Made by a program: the position numbers and the translations under genes. The notes under the pieces are model-generated. The model had not been told where the DNA came from. It searched no databases and saw only the letters and a list, made by a program, of their open reading frames with translations. Positions 26,988 to 35,798 of a stretch of 64,000 bases of DNA are shown piece by piece; the first letter of the stretch is position 1, and the number at the start of each line of letters is the position of its first letter. Source of the DNA: Polyangiaceae bacterium (GTDB taxonomy: Bacteria; Myxococcota_A; Polyangia; Polyangiales; Polyangiaceae); NCBI GenBank assembly GCA_050298815.1, contig JBNKUV010000104.1, positions 21,631 to 85,630 on the forward strand, written 5' to 3'.

Positions 26988-28331
26988 ATGGCGGGGCCGG
27001 TTCAGCGATTCATTCTCCTCACTGGCCTCGCAGTCACGGCGTGCGGAAGTGAGTCGCACCAGCAGTCCGCTCAGGGAAGCGAGACGGACGACGCAGAGGC
27101 GACAGAGTCGAGGGTGCCGGTCGATGAAGGGGAGAACGATGGGGGATGGGTGTCAGCGCGAGCTGGTGGCGAGACTTCCGAGTTCGGTGGCGTCCGACTC
27201 TACTGCTTGGAGGACCTCACTCCAGCGGTGGAACTCGCTCGACCAGACGTAGCGGCATGGGTTCAGGCTGTTGCTGGGGTGCATCGGGTGCCTTTCGCTT
27301 GGAACCCTCGCTTTCTGATGGAGCCTTACACAGACTTCTCGGACTCCACACACATCACCCTCGTGATTGAGCCGCTGAGCGCGCGCGAAGTGATTTTCGA
27401 GACAGGGTGCGTGGACGAGCGCACGCTCCAGCTGGAGCTCTCAGTTGAACTTGAAGTAGAGGACGAATCGCTTGGGGGTTCCATCACGCTCTGGGTTGGT
27501 GGGGTGCCCAACGTCGCTCCGGCCGACGGCGGCGTGTTGAGCAGCGCGTGGAGTCCGCCACACTCGCTCGAAACCTTCCATGGTTCGATTGCGGACTTGG
27601 GCTCGCAGACTGCGGGACGCAGAGAGCTCAGTGTGCGGCTGGTTCTGGACGGGACCTCTGCACGGGGGCAACTGGAGCCATTCTTCGCGCCAGGCGACCT
27701 CGAGGCTGGGCCAGGCGGCGAGCCCGAACCGACCGGTGGCTCGTCACCGCTGGGCGGTGTGTTTCCGGACGACGGCTGCGCTTCAACGGAACGTCCACTT
27801 ACGTTAACCGAGAACCTCGACGACTATGCTGCGCCAACTGCCCGGCAATTGATCGATGATGTGGCTGCGTTCTGGGACGACCGGACTCTTCTCGCGCAGT
27901 GGGAGAATGGCGACGCGACGGAAGCGACGTTCACGGTGGGCGAACCGATGGGAGCGTGTATGACCAGGACCTATCACTATCCTGGCAGCGACGCGTTCCG
28001 ACAACAGGGCGCGATTGGCATTCAGACACTGACGCAGTTTCAGACTGCGGACGCAGCAGTTGCGCTTGAGGAACTTCTTGCGTTTCGATTCGAACCGGGC
28101 AGCACTGGAGTCGTAGCTGAATCCATTCGCCCATCGACGTGGATCCCGGCTGAGTCATTCGAAAGCGCAACCGGCATCGTTGGAGTCAAATTGAGCCAAG
28201 GCAGCTTCGGTTCGCTAGACTTCAGGACCGAATTCGACATCGCTGACGGGACCTTCAGCGGTCGACTCTTCATTGACGAGTGGTTGGAGTCCGATCCTCG
28301 CGGGGCTGACTTCCCGACGTTGGATTGGTAA
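26988..28331 (+). CDS. Hypothetical lipoprotein
   Basis: FILLTGLAVTACGSE lipobox; acidic secreted-type composition; 447 aa. Confidence 0.6.
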   Translation: MAGPVQRFILLTGLAVTACGSESHQQSAQGSETDDAEATESRVPVDEGENDGGWVSARAGGETSEFGGVRLYCLEDLTPAVELARPDVAAWVQAVAGVHRVPFAWNPRFLMEPYTDFSDSTHITLVIEPLSAREVIFETGCVDERTLQLELSVELEVEDESLGGSITLWVGGVPNVAPADGGVLSSAWSPPHSLETFHGSIADLGSQTAGRRELSVRLVLDGTSARGQLEPFFAPGDLEAGPGGEPEPTGGSSPLGGVFPDDGCASTERPLTLTENLDDYAAPTARQLIDDVAAFWDDRTLLAQWENGDATEATFTVGEPMGACMTRTYHYPGSDAFRQQGAIGIQTLTQFQTADAAVALEELLAFRFEPGSTGVVAESIRPSTWIPAESFESATGIVGVKLSQGSFGSLDFRTEFDIADGTFSGRLFIDEWLESDPRGADFPTLDW

Positions 28332-28359
28332 ACTACTCACTCTCCTGTACGTAGCGCTG

Positions 28360-28532
28360 TCATGACGCGGCGACGATAGTGCCTGAGTGGCCTCGGTTGC
28401 ACCAGTGCGGAGGCATGTCGAGTCGTACTCGACCAGTCGAAGGACAAGTCCGTCGCGGCGGTGCACCTTGTGGCGGATGCCTTCTCCGCACTGCACCCAG
28501 GGTAGGCCTTCAAACGAAATGCGGTAGCTCAT
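28360..28532 (-). pseudogene. Cupin-domain gene relic (frameshifted and truncated)
   Basis: MSYRISFEGLPWVQCGEGIRHKVHRRDGLVLRLVEYD is in one frame. PPHWCNRGHSGTIVAAS-stop follows in a shifted frame. It abuts the 3' end of the lipoprotein gene. Confidence 0.45.
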
Positions 28533-28835
28533 TGGTGCGGAGTGTAGCAGGAAGCGAGCGCGGAGCTTGGAGTCCCGCAGAGGCTAGCAAGCGCGAGGGC
28601 CAGGCATCTCGGCGGTCCCGTCCAACTCTTGCCGCGATTCGCCGGGACGTCAGGTAGCGGAGCCCGGGGCGTGGGGTGGCGAAGTGGCCTGAAGTCTGGC
28701 CCGCTCGATCGGCATTGAGAGCACCGGCGCGTTGTGCGCACGCTCTCTCGCGGAATGCGGGGCGATCGTGAACGAAGCCGCTCCGCGGCGGTAGTCGTGC
28801 ACCGACGCGAGGCGCTGCAGCCTCCCCGTCGGAGT

Positions 28836-29402
28836 TCACGGGCTTGTTGGATCGCCCGGAGCCATCTGTCGCACCCAAATCCAGCCCTCGCGCTTCGCCA
28901 AGTCGAGGTCAGTTGGGGCGACTGCATCGCCAACGGCGTAGTCGGCTCCGGCAAGGGTGCAGACGGCAGCGTCGAACGCATCATCGGAGGCAATGGCGTT
29001 GTCGCAAGCGTCCGGCTCGAACTCGACTTGAGGCATGGCTTCGATGAGGGGTGACCGCATCGCGTCAGAGCCGACCCCCTTGTAGCCGGAGCTAGGCAAA
29101 CCGAGCGCCTTCAGAGTGGCGGCCGGATACACCTCGATGACTTGGTGGGAATGGACAACGCCAGGGGTCCAACCCATGACGAGAGGCAGGGTGTTTCGGA
29201 TTTCGGAAAGGATGCCGAGGGCAGCGTGCGCGGTTCGCGCAATGCGGTCGGCGCCGACATCGAGAGACTGCTTGCCCAGGCGCTGCTTGATGGCGCGGTC
29301 GGTCTCACGGCGAAAGAGCGAGTGAGCATCAAACGGAAGGGGGTCACCGGCGCTATGTGAGTGGAGCGCTTCGGCAAATGCGGTGGCAAGACGATCACAC
29401 AT
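28836..29402 (-). CDS. DUF429-like (predicted RNase H-fold) protein, possibly N-terminally truncated
   Basis: VIEVYPAATLKALGLPSSGYKG ... SDDAFDAAVCTLAGADY ... REGWIWV matches the remembered DUF429 pattern. The expected N-terminal strand is not seen. Confidence 0.5.
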   Translation of the reverse strand: MCDRLATAFAEALHSHSAGDPLPFDAHSLFRRETDRAIKQRLGKQSLDVGADRIARTAHAALGILSEIRNTLPLVMGWTPGVVHSHQVIEVYPAATLKALGLPSSGYKGVGSDAMRSPLIEAMPQVEFEPDACDNAIASDDAFDAAVCTLAGADYAVGDAVAPTDLDLAKREGWIWVRQMAPGDPTSP

Positions 29403-29464
29403 CAGCCTGGGCGTGCCAACGGTGGCGTTTGCAATTTGGGACGGACGTGTGAAGCTAGGAGCAG

Positions 29465-29938
29465 ATGCTTTTGGCGAAGAACAGGGCCGATGGGGTCGGT
29501 TGGCTTATTCGGTTGGTGCTTGCCGTAGCGGGACCGGCGGCGGTGCTGGGTTGCGGCAGCGACGACGACGATGAGCCGAGCATGACGGTGTACGAGGACC
29601 GAGGAAAAGTCTGCATCGAGTCGGAGGACGACGGAGCAGTGAGGGTCCTGGTCGAGTTCCCAACGTGCTTGTCCAGTTCCTGTGATCAGGTGAAGGAGCG
29701 CACGTGCTCGGTGGCGGTGACGAGTGAAATGATCAACATCACCAGTCGCGGCGTGGTGGAGCACCGTGGCACGGATTGCACGTCGGATTGCGGGATATTC
29801 ACCACAGAATGCCGGTCAGAGGCGGTGGAAGCCGGCACGTATTCCATCGTTCATGGAGAGGATTCAGCCGGCGTGACGCTACCGACGGACGCAATGCAGG
29901 TGCTTGGGGACGGGATGCTGCTCGGAGGATGCGAGTAG
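29465..29938 (+). CDS. Small Cys-rich lipoprotein, hypothetical
   Basis: LVLAVAGPAAVLGCGSDDDDE lipobox; 9 further Cys residues. Confidence 0.55.
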   Translation: MLLAKNRADGVGWLIRLVLAVAGPAAVLGCGSDDDDEPSMTVYEDRGKVCIESEDDGAVRVLVEFPTCLSSSCDQVKERTCSVAVTSEMINITSRGVVEHRGTDCTSDCGIFTTECRSEAVEAGTYSIVHGEDSAGVTLPTDAMQVLGDGMLLGGCE

Positions 29939-29963
29939 CGATCGAACGCGGGAAGCTCGGACA

Positions 29964-30080
29964 CATCGCGTTATCGGTTCCCCGCGGTTCGACCGGTCGC
30001 AATGCAAGGTCTGCCCAGTGCGGATACTGCTCAGCAACAAGCCCAGCCACCAACTCGACGCCGACAGGAAACCTCGTCAT
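29964..30080 (-). pseudogene. Aminoglycoside/choline-kinase-type phosphotransferase (APH) N-terminal fragment
   Basis: MTRFPVGVELVAGLVAEQYPHWADLALRPVEPRGTDNAM, after which similarity is lost. Its ATG overlaps the stop of the upstream APH fragment (ATGA at 30077-30080). Confidence 0.5.
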
Positions 30081-30315
30081 CGTGCATTCGCTCGCTCTAC
30101 GGCGGCCTGGCCCGGATCCAGACGTTCGAGAAATCGTGCTCTCGATTCGTCGGTAAACAACGGCGACCAAGCAACCTGCACGTCGACCGCCGGGTCGCCA
30201 ACGCACGCCGAGCCCCAATCGACCAGGCCGCTGAGGTGCCCGTCCAACGCCAGACAGTTGCCCTCGAGATCCCCGTGCACCCAACGCAGAGATCCCACAT
30301 GGGGCTCAGCTGCCA
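30077..30315 (-). pseudogene. APH-family C-terminal fragment
   Basis: WVHGDLEGNCLALDGHLSGLVDWGSACVGDPAVDVQVAW is the HGD catalytic loop plus the DWG..GDP motif. There is no N-lobe upstream. Confidence 0.55.
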
Positions 30316-30381
30316 GACCGGCTTTCCCAGATCGAAGTCGAAGAGAACAGCGGTGAGCATGCCAAAGGGGAGGCGGCGTGG

Positions 30382-30954
30382 CTATCTGGAGTCGGAGGGT
30401 GGGTGGATGGTGAGGCGAGGCCAGCGAGCACGCCATCTCTTGGTGCGAAGTCTGGAGAGATAAGCGCTCCTGTCGACCAACGCAGGGGCCGGGCGGAGCT
30501 GCAGTCCGAACAGATCGCCCAGGCCGTACGGTGCGACAACAGCGAACGTGTCCTTTTCGCCAAGCCTAACAGCGACCGCAGTAGCGGTTTCCGGCCAAGC
30601 GGAGATGGCAGCGTCGAGTGACTCGTACGGGGCGACTGGACGACGAAGCTCGCGACTCTGCCACTGATGGACCTCAGCCTGGTTTGTGACGTCCCATCGA
30701 AATCCTGGCAGGGCATTGTCGAGCCGTTGGCTCCAATTCGCGGGCGCTGCCTGGGGGGCGAAGAAGACAACGTCTACATCGGCGGTTGGTGAAGCGCTGT
30801 TGGCATCATGCAGGACGTTCCAGACGACGTCGCGGACGACGCCAGCGCCGACGTAGGCTTCGGATGGGCCGACGTCACGGACGACTCGGAGCACTTCTAG
30901 GAGCCAGGGGGTCCCGAGGACGATACCTTGGAGTCTAGCGTGGAGGTCGCTCAT
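30382..30954 (-). CDS. Nucleotidyltransferase-family protein (NTP_transf_6-like)
   Basis: YVGAGVVRDVVWNVL...DVDVVFF...WDVTNQAEVHQW...WPETATAVAVRL...APYGLGDLF...RPAP...KRWRARWPRLTI matches the remembered PF06042-type pattern. Confidence 0.55.
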   Translation of the reverse strand: MSDLHARLQGIVLGTPWLLEVLRVVRDVGPSEAYVGAGVVRDVVWNVLHDANSASPTADVDVVFFAPQAAPANWSQRLDNALPGFRWDVTNQAEVHQWQSRELRRPVAPYESLDAAISAWPETATAVAVRLGEKDTFAVVAPYGLGDLFGLQLRPAPALVDRSAYLSRLRTKRWRARWPRLTIHPPSDSR

Positions 30955-31229
30955 TGCGTTGTCGGTCTAAGGACTTGCCGTGATCCGCGAGGATTCCGTT
31001 TACAATGAGGGCGCGCACGACGTCTTCCGTGTTGGCGGCGATGTGGATGAACGACATTCGCTCATACGCGGTCGCGTTGAACAGGGAGTAGCCGATAGCC
31101 GTTCGATGATCTGGGTTAACAAAGTAGCGGTTGCAGCTCAGGCCGCCAACGGCTCGAGGGAGAGCCGTTGGCGGGGTTTGGGCACTTGCAGTCCGAAGGA
31201 GTGAACAACGATCGGGCCGCGGTGGTAGC

Positions 31230-31445
31230 TCATCCAGTAGAGCTCCCGTTGCGCACGGATGCGGTGTTGTCAGGTGAGACGCTTGGCTGCTCGGGGGTCG
31301 ATTCCGGTCCGGGAATGATGCGACCGGTGAAAGTCGCCTGCATTTGCCGGTAGCGGTCGATGAGGCGCGCGGCGTCGTGGTCGACGTCGTCTGAAATCTG
31401 GTGTCGTGCCCTGCGGATGGCGTCGAGGGCTGGATCAGGTGTCAT
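31230..31445 (-). CDS. Small hypothetical protein
   Basis: 71-aa ORF (DAIRRARHQISDDVDHDAARLIDRY...). Its TGA overlaps the ATG of a downstream frameshifted ORF (MSYHRGPIVVHSF...). Confidence 0.3.
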   Translation of the reverse strand: MTPDPALDAIRRARHQISDDVDHDAARLIDRYRQMQATFTGRIIPGPESTPEQPSVSPDNTASVRNGSSTG

Positions 31446-31555
31446 TGTCGGCTCCGAGGAGTTCGAGTGGCGTGACGAGGGAAGGATTGTAGAGGCCGAG
31501 CACCCAACACGAAGGAAATACCTCAGGCGCCTGGACTGGTCTCGCAGGCGACGCG

Positions 31556-32728
31556 ATGATGGCCGCCGTGGACGATATCACGCTTCGCTACGGCCTCAAC
31601 CCACACCAGAAGCCCGCTCGCGCATACGGTGAGCAGGTCCCACTCCGCGTCCTGAGCGGCCAACCAGGGGCGATCAATGTCCTGGATGCGTTGAACGCTT
31701 GGCAGCTCGTCCGCGATTTGTATCGCGCCACAGGTCTGCCTGCGGCAGCCTCGTTCAAGCACGTCAGCCCTTCGGGGGCCGCGCTAGGCGTGGAGTTGAC
31801 TGACGTCGAGCGCCGGTCCTACCTGGTGGAGAATCTCGAGCTATCGCCGTTGGCGACAGCCTATGCTCGAGCCCGCGGCGCTGACCGCCTGTGCTCGTAC
31901 CTTGACTGGGTTGCGGTTAGCGATCCACTCGACCAGAGTACCGCAGCGCTACTGGCGCGTGAGGCGTCAGATGGAGTGATTGCGCCGAGTTTCGAGCCAG
32001 GGGCTCTCGAGGTTTTGAAACGCAAGCGGGGCGGACGCTTCTGCGTTCTCGAGATCGAGCCCGAGTTTGAGCCGGATGCCATTGAACGCAGGCAGGTGTT
32101 CGGGGTCTGGCTCGAACAACCGCGAAATGCCACACCGCTCACAGGTGCCCTCCTGGACAACGTGGTCACGCGGGCGTCAATTCCTCCGGCTGCTCGCCGA
32201 GACCTACTGGTAGCCCTCTGCATAGCCAAATACACACAGTCGAACTCGGTCTGCTTGGTCCGTGATGGTCAGGCCATCGGCGTTGGTGCTGGGCAGCAAT
32301 CTCGAGTGCACTGTGTACGCCTAGCGGGGGAAAAGGCCCGGAGGTGGCACTTGCGAAAGCACCCCAAAGCGCTCTCACTGCCGTTTCGGTCGGGGCTCCG
32401 TCGACCGGACCGCGACAACGCCATCGACGCCTACATCTGCGGTGACTTGAGCCCGCCGGAGCATGAAGCGTGGCTATCGCTATTCGAGCACGAGCCAGAG
32501 CCTCTGACGGAAGATGAGAAAGCTGAGTGGTCCCGTAGTCTAGCCGGTGTCTCGCTCGCGTCCGACGGCCTCTTTCCATTTCGCGACAACATCGATGTCG
32601 CAGCGAAGTATGGCGTCCAGTTCGTCGCGCAACCTGGCGGGTCCAACCGCGACGACGCCGTGATTGAAGCTTGCGATGACTACGGCGTTGCCATGGCAAT
32701 GACGGGGCTTCGACTCTTCCATCACTGA
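31556..32728 (+). CDS. AICAR formyltransferase domain protein (PurH-like, no IMP cyclohydrolase/MGS domain)
   Basis: Starts directly at DDITLRYGLNPHQKPA (the LRYGxNPHQ motif that opens the AICARFT domain). ASFKHVSPSGAA is present. 390 aa. Confidence 0.75.
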   Translation: MMAAVDDITLRYGLNPHQKPARAYGEQVPLRVLSGQPGAINVLDALNAWQLVRDLYRATGLPAAASFKHVSPSGAALGVELTDVERRSYLVENLELSPLATAYARARGADRLCSYLDWVAVSDPLDQSTAALLAREASDGVIAPSFEPGALEVLKRKRGGRFCVLEIEPEFEPDAIERRQVFGVWLEQPRNATPLTGALLDNVVTRASIPPAARRDLLVALCIAKYTQSNSVCLVRDGQAIGVGAGQQSRVHCVRLAGEKARRWHLRKHPKALSLPFRSGLRRPDRDNAIDAYICGDLSPPEHEAWLSLFEHEPEPLTEDEKAEWSRSLAGVSLASDGLFPFRDNIDVAAKYGVQFVAQPGGSNRDDAVIEACDDYGVAMAMTGLRLFHH

Positions 32729-32929
32729 CGAATCGAGCACCCCTCGACGGAGCCAGTGACCCACGACGCTCTGTGCCTCTAACCGCGGAACCGGCTCCCA
32801 TATTGCTTACGCCAGAACCAAGCTCGCATGTCGTCGAGGATGATAGCGGAACGGAGGCGAAAGGCCAGCGACCTTCCCTTTGGCAGGTGACCAACGAGAC
32901 TGAACTCTTGGACGGACCTACGCTGCGCT

Positions 32930-33328
32930 CTATCGAAAGAACTTGAGGCCGAGGACAACCTGGCCTGGGATAGGACTGCCGTTGGCATCCAGAGCAGGCA
33001 GGAACGGCGTACTCAGCAGGCAATCGCGAGCGGCGTCCCCAGCGCCTTCGACGGACTCATAGACGATGTCGACGGCGGTAGCCTTTCCGAACTTGTCGAC
33101 GTGGGCGACCACCCGTGCCTGGACAACGATGTCCTTGGGGGGCCACACGTCCGGGCCTGGACAGCGCGAGAGCGCGGAGCTTGCTCGTGGCTGGGAGGTA
33201 TCGGTTCCCAGGAAACGGTCAGAAGGACGTATTGTTACCGGAGGTTGGCCGGAGCGCGCCACGCACGCAGTAGTGGACTGCAGCACGAATGCGGCGACTA
33301 GCGCTAGCCGTTGAATTCTTGAGAGCAT
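32930..33328 (-). CDS. Lipoprotein with TonB-C-like domain
   Basis: MLSRIQRLALVAAFVLQSTTAC lipobox. The C-terminal VVAHVDKFGKATAVDIVYES...PALDANGSPIPGQV resembles a TonB C-terminal fold. Confidence 0.4.
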   Translation of the reverse strand: MLSRIQRLALVAAFVLQSTTACVARSGQPPVTIRPSDRFLGTDTSQPRASSALSRCPGPDVWPPKDIVVQARVVAHVDKFGKATAVDIVYESVEGAGDAARDCLLSTPFLPALDANGSPIPGQVVLGLKFFR

Positions 33329-33536
33329 GTTGTCGTCTGGCCAAAGACCTGCCAGGGCCAGGAAACAACCCATCAGCAGTCAATACAACAACAAACAGTG
33401 GCGGCGACCAGCCGCCGCCTGGAAACACGACCTGCCATTAACCCACGAGCGCCGCCCGGCGCGGGGAATGCCCGGCTACTAGCGCCCCCGCTCCTGCTGT
33501 GAACGAAGCCTTGTTAGCCTGCGTCGGTCACTGAGG

Positions 33537-33953
33537 TTACAGTGCAAAGACACGGACCTTCCGGTTGGACCCGAGCAGGCGTTTGATGTCCTTGGGGTCA
33601 CCGGTGGCGATGACGGCAGAGTCGAACTCGAGGGCAGTGGAGACGACGAAAGCGTCGACGGCATGCTCGGACGCGAGCTTTGCTTTGGCCAACAGACCGC
33701 CAGCGCGCTGAGCGACATCCCTGGTGAGGTCGAAGACGGCGATGCCCTTGTTGTTGAGGACATGGTTGATGGCAGCGTCGAAACGTGGCCCACGGCAGAC
33801 TTCAGCCAAGACGGGTGCGGGGACGCGTACGAGAGCACGGCGCTCGTACGCTGTTGAGAGGATGGCTCTGGCGCGCTCGGCGAGGGCGCCACGCTGAGTG
33901 GGATGAGCCAGCGCATTGAGCGCCTCGGAATCGAGGATCAGCGCTTCGGCCAT
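33537..33953 (-). CDS. vapC: PIN-domain toxin
   Basis: LILDSEAL..., acidic residues at PIN positions (D8, E41-like, D101, D119-like), 138 aa. Overlaps the upstream antitoxin gene by 16 nt. Confidence 0.75.
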   Translation of the reverse strand: MAEALILDSEALNALAHPTQRGALAERARAILSTAYERRALVRVPAPVLAEVCRGPRFDAAINHVLNNKGIAVFDLTRDVAQRAGGLLAKAKLASEHAVDAFVVSTALEFDSAVIATGDPKDIKRLLGSNRKVRVFAL

Positions 33954-34165
33954 GCTTTTCTGGCTCGAGAGATTTCCTTCTTCGACACGGCGCCAGCGGA
34001 TTCTTCGAGCTCGACGAGGAAGGAGCCGAGCTGCTCGCGTTCGAGCTCATGGGAGATGGCCCTGGCGACAAAGCCGGACAATCCCCGCGGCCCGACGCGG
34101 CGGCGAACGGCTTTGGCAAGGTCATGGGGAATACTCACAGAGAGCTTCGCGGCGGTCTCGGACAT
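33938..34165 (-). CDS. vapB: Ribbon-helix-helix antitoxin
   Basis: MSETAAKLSVSIPHDLAKAVRRRVGPRGLSGFVARAISHELE is RHH-like. Internal ATG at 34165 in track ORF 33938..34282. Confidence 0.65.
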   Translation of the reverse strand: MSETAAKLSVSIPHDLAKAVRRRVGPRGLSGFVARAISHELEREQLGSFLVELEESAGAVSKKEISRARKAWPKR

Positions 34166-34602
34166 GGTGGATTCATACCACGGTAGGAAAGCGGCAGCAA
34201 TCCAGCAAGGGCATGCCGGCATGGGGCGTCCGTTCACGGACGCCCATTCGGGGTGGGGCAGCCGGGTGTAGGCCACCGGCATTGCAGACCGTCCTGAGCT
34301 TGAGCCGCGTAGTGGCTGTCGGCGGTCACGTTGGGAAGCGGGCCGCCTGCGTCAGCAGCAACGGCCCTATGGGAGGCCGTTCCCACCAAGTCATACGAGA
34401 TTAGGAAGCCGCCTTGACTTCTACCTTGGCGGAGACGCCAGTGTCGTCGAGCATGTCCAAAGTAGAGCTCGTCGTAGCCGAGAACTTGGGCGAAACGGAC
34501 AGCGAGCGTTGAGTCGGTGAGACTGTCAACCGGATGGGTTGACGGCGATAGAGTGTCGTCCGGATGCTGACGGGGTCCGCCGACGCGTTCGCTTGACTGG
34601 TG

Positions 34603-35736
34603 TCAAGTGAACACCAACGACAGCACGTCGGTCAATCGCTCCAAATCCTCGTGCTCATGACAGGCACTGACTGCGATTCGGAAGTACCTGCTCGCGGGCC
34701 CACCGGGATAGCCGATGAGTGGGAGCAGGAGGCCAGCTTCTTCCGCGGCTCGTAGCAGACGTTGCTCACGGTCTTCGTCGTCGCTGGTAATGGCAAACAC
34801 CGGTACTTCTTCGCTGGCCGGAAGTCTCAGGCCGAGAGTCGAGAACACGGATCGCAGATGTGCGATGTTCTGCCGCAGGCGGTCCAGCAGCTCCCCGCTT
34901 CGCAACAGGCTCAACGCTGTTCGCGCCCCCTCGGCCATGGCCGGCGGGATCGGCGTGGAGCCGCGATACGCGATGGATCGGCTTTGCACAGCTTCCACGA
35001 TGTCGGTCCCGCCAGCAACGACCCCGCCGAAACAGCCTATCGCCTTAGCCAGACTTGCGGTGACGACGACTGGCACGCTGGATGGCAGGGCTGGCGATAA
35101 ACCGGCAGCGCATCCAGCGCCCCTGTCCCCGATGACCCCCAGCGCGTGGCTCTCATCGATGAGCAAGGAGTTGCCGTCGTTCAGTAACCCGAACAGGGCG
35201 TCCACCTGCGCTAACTCGCCACTAGCACCAAACACCCCGTCGGTCAGCAACGCATAACCTGTCCGTTGCCGCTGGTCCGCGTATCCAGGCGCTGGTTGGT
35301 GGGTGGGAGAGGTAAATGAAGGATGCTCGACTGCGACTGTAGTGTCTGTAGTGAGCGCCGCGCGCGCTGCGTCTGTGGAGCCGTGTGCGAACCCGGTCAA
35401 GGCTAGACCCGCTGCGCGTGCCGCCGCGGCGAGGCTGCCGTGGCTCATTTCGTCGATGAGTCCCTTGCCGTGTCGGGTTGCCAGCGCTTCACACGCCGCC
35501 AAGTTGGCAAGGCTGCCAGCCGGTGTCAGCAATGCCGCTGGCTGACCCAAGAAGTCAGCCAGCTCGGCTTCGAGTGCGACGTGTGCCTCCGAGCTACCCG
35601 TCGTCGTTCGGGAGCCGTTGGCGCCAGCTCCGTAGCGCCGCAAACCCAGATCGATGGCTTCCAGCACCTTCGGGTGATGCGACAGGCCCAGGTAGTCGCA
35701 GCCAGAGAAAGCCAGCAGCACCGCTCCGTCGACCAC
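34603..35736 (-). CDS. Alpha-oxoamine synthase family PLP enzyme (BioF/Kbl-like)
   Basis: FSGCDYLGLSHHPKV, LIDESHALGVIGDRGAG, and SLAKAIGCFGG with the PLP lysine. Confidence 0.7.
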   Translation of the reverse strand: MVDGAVLLAFSGCDYLGLSHHPKVLEAIDLGLRRYGAGANGSRTTTGSSEAHVALEAELADFLGQPAALLTPAGSLANLAACEALATRHGKGLIDEMSHGSLAAAARAAGLALTGFAHGSTDAARAALTTDTTVAVEHPSFTSPTHQPAPGYADQRQRTGYALLTDGVFGASGELAQVDALFGLLNDGNSLLIDESHALGVIGDRGAGCAAGLSPALPSSVPVVVTASLAKAIGCFGGVVAGGTDIVEAVQSRSIAYRGSTPIPPAMAEGARTALSLLRSGELLDRLRQNIAHLRSVFSTLGLRLPASEEVPVFAITSDDEDREQRLLRAAEEAGLLLPLIGYPGGPASRYFRIAVSACHEHEDLERLTDVLSLVFT

Positions 35737-35798
35737 GACGCGTGTTGCCGCGGGCCAGGCGCTGGCGAGTCGACCGGAGTCTGTCGAGCGGTGCGTCG

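Noticed and set aside
34400-34602. Short minus-strand reading frame (…LTDSTLAVRFAQVLGYDELYFGHARR…) resembling an AraC/HTH fragment, plus the dyad GTCAACC-ggat-GGTTGAC at about 34523-34541.
   Set aside because: The fragment is too short and is interrupted by stops. The similarity is only impressionistic.
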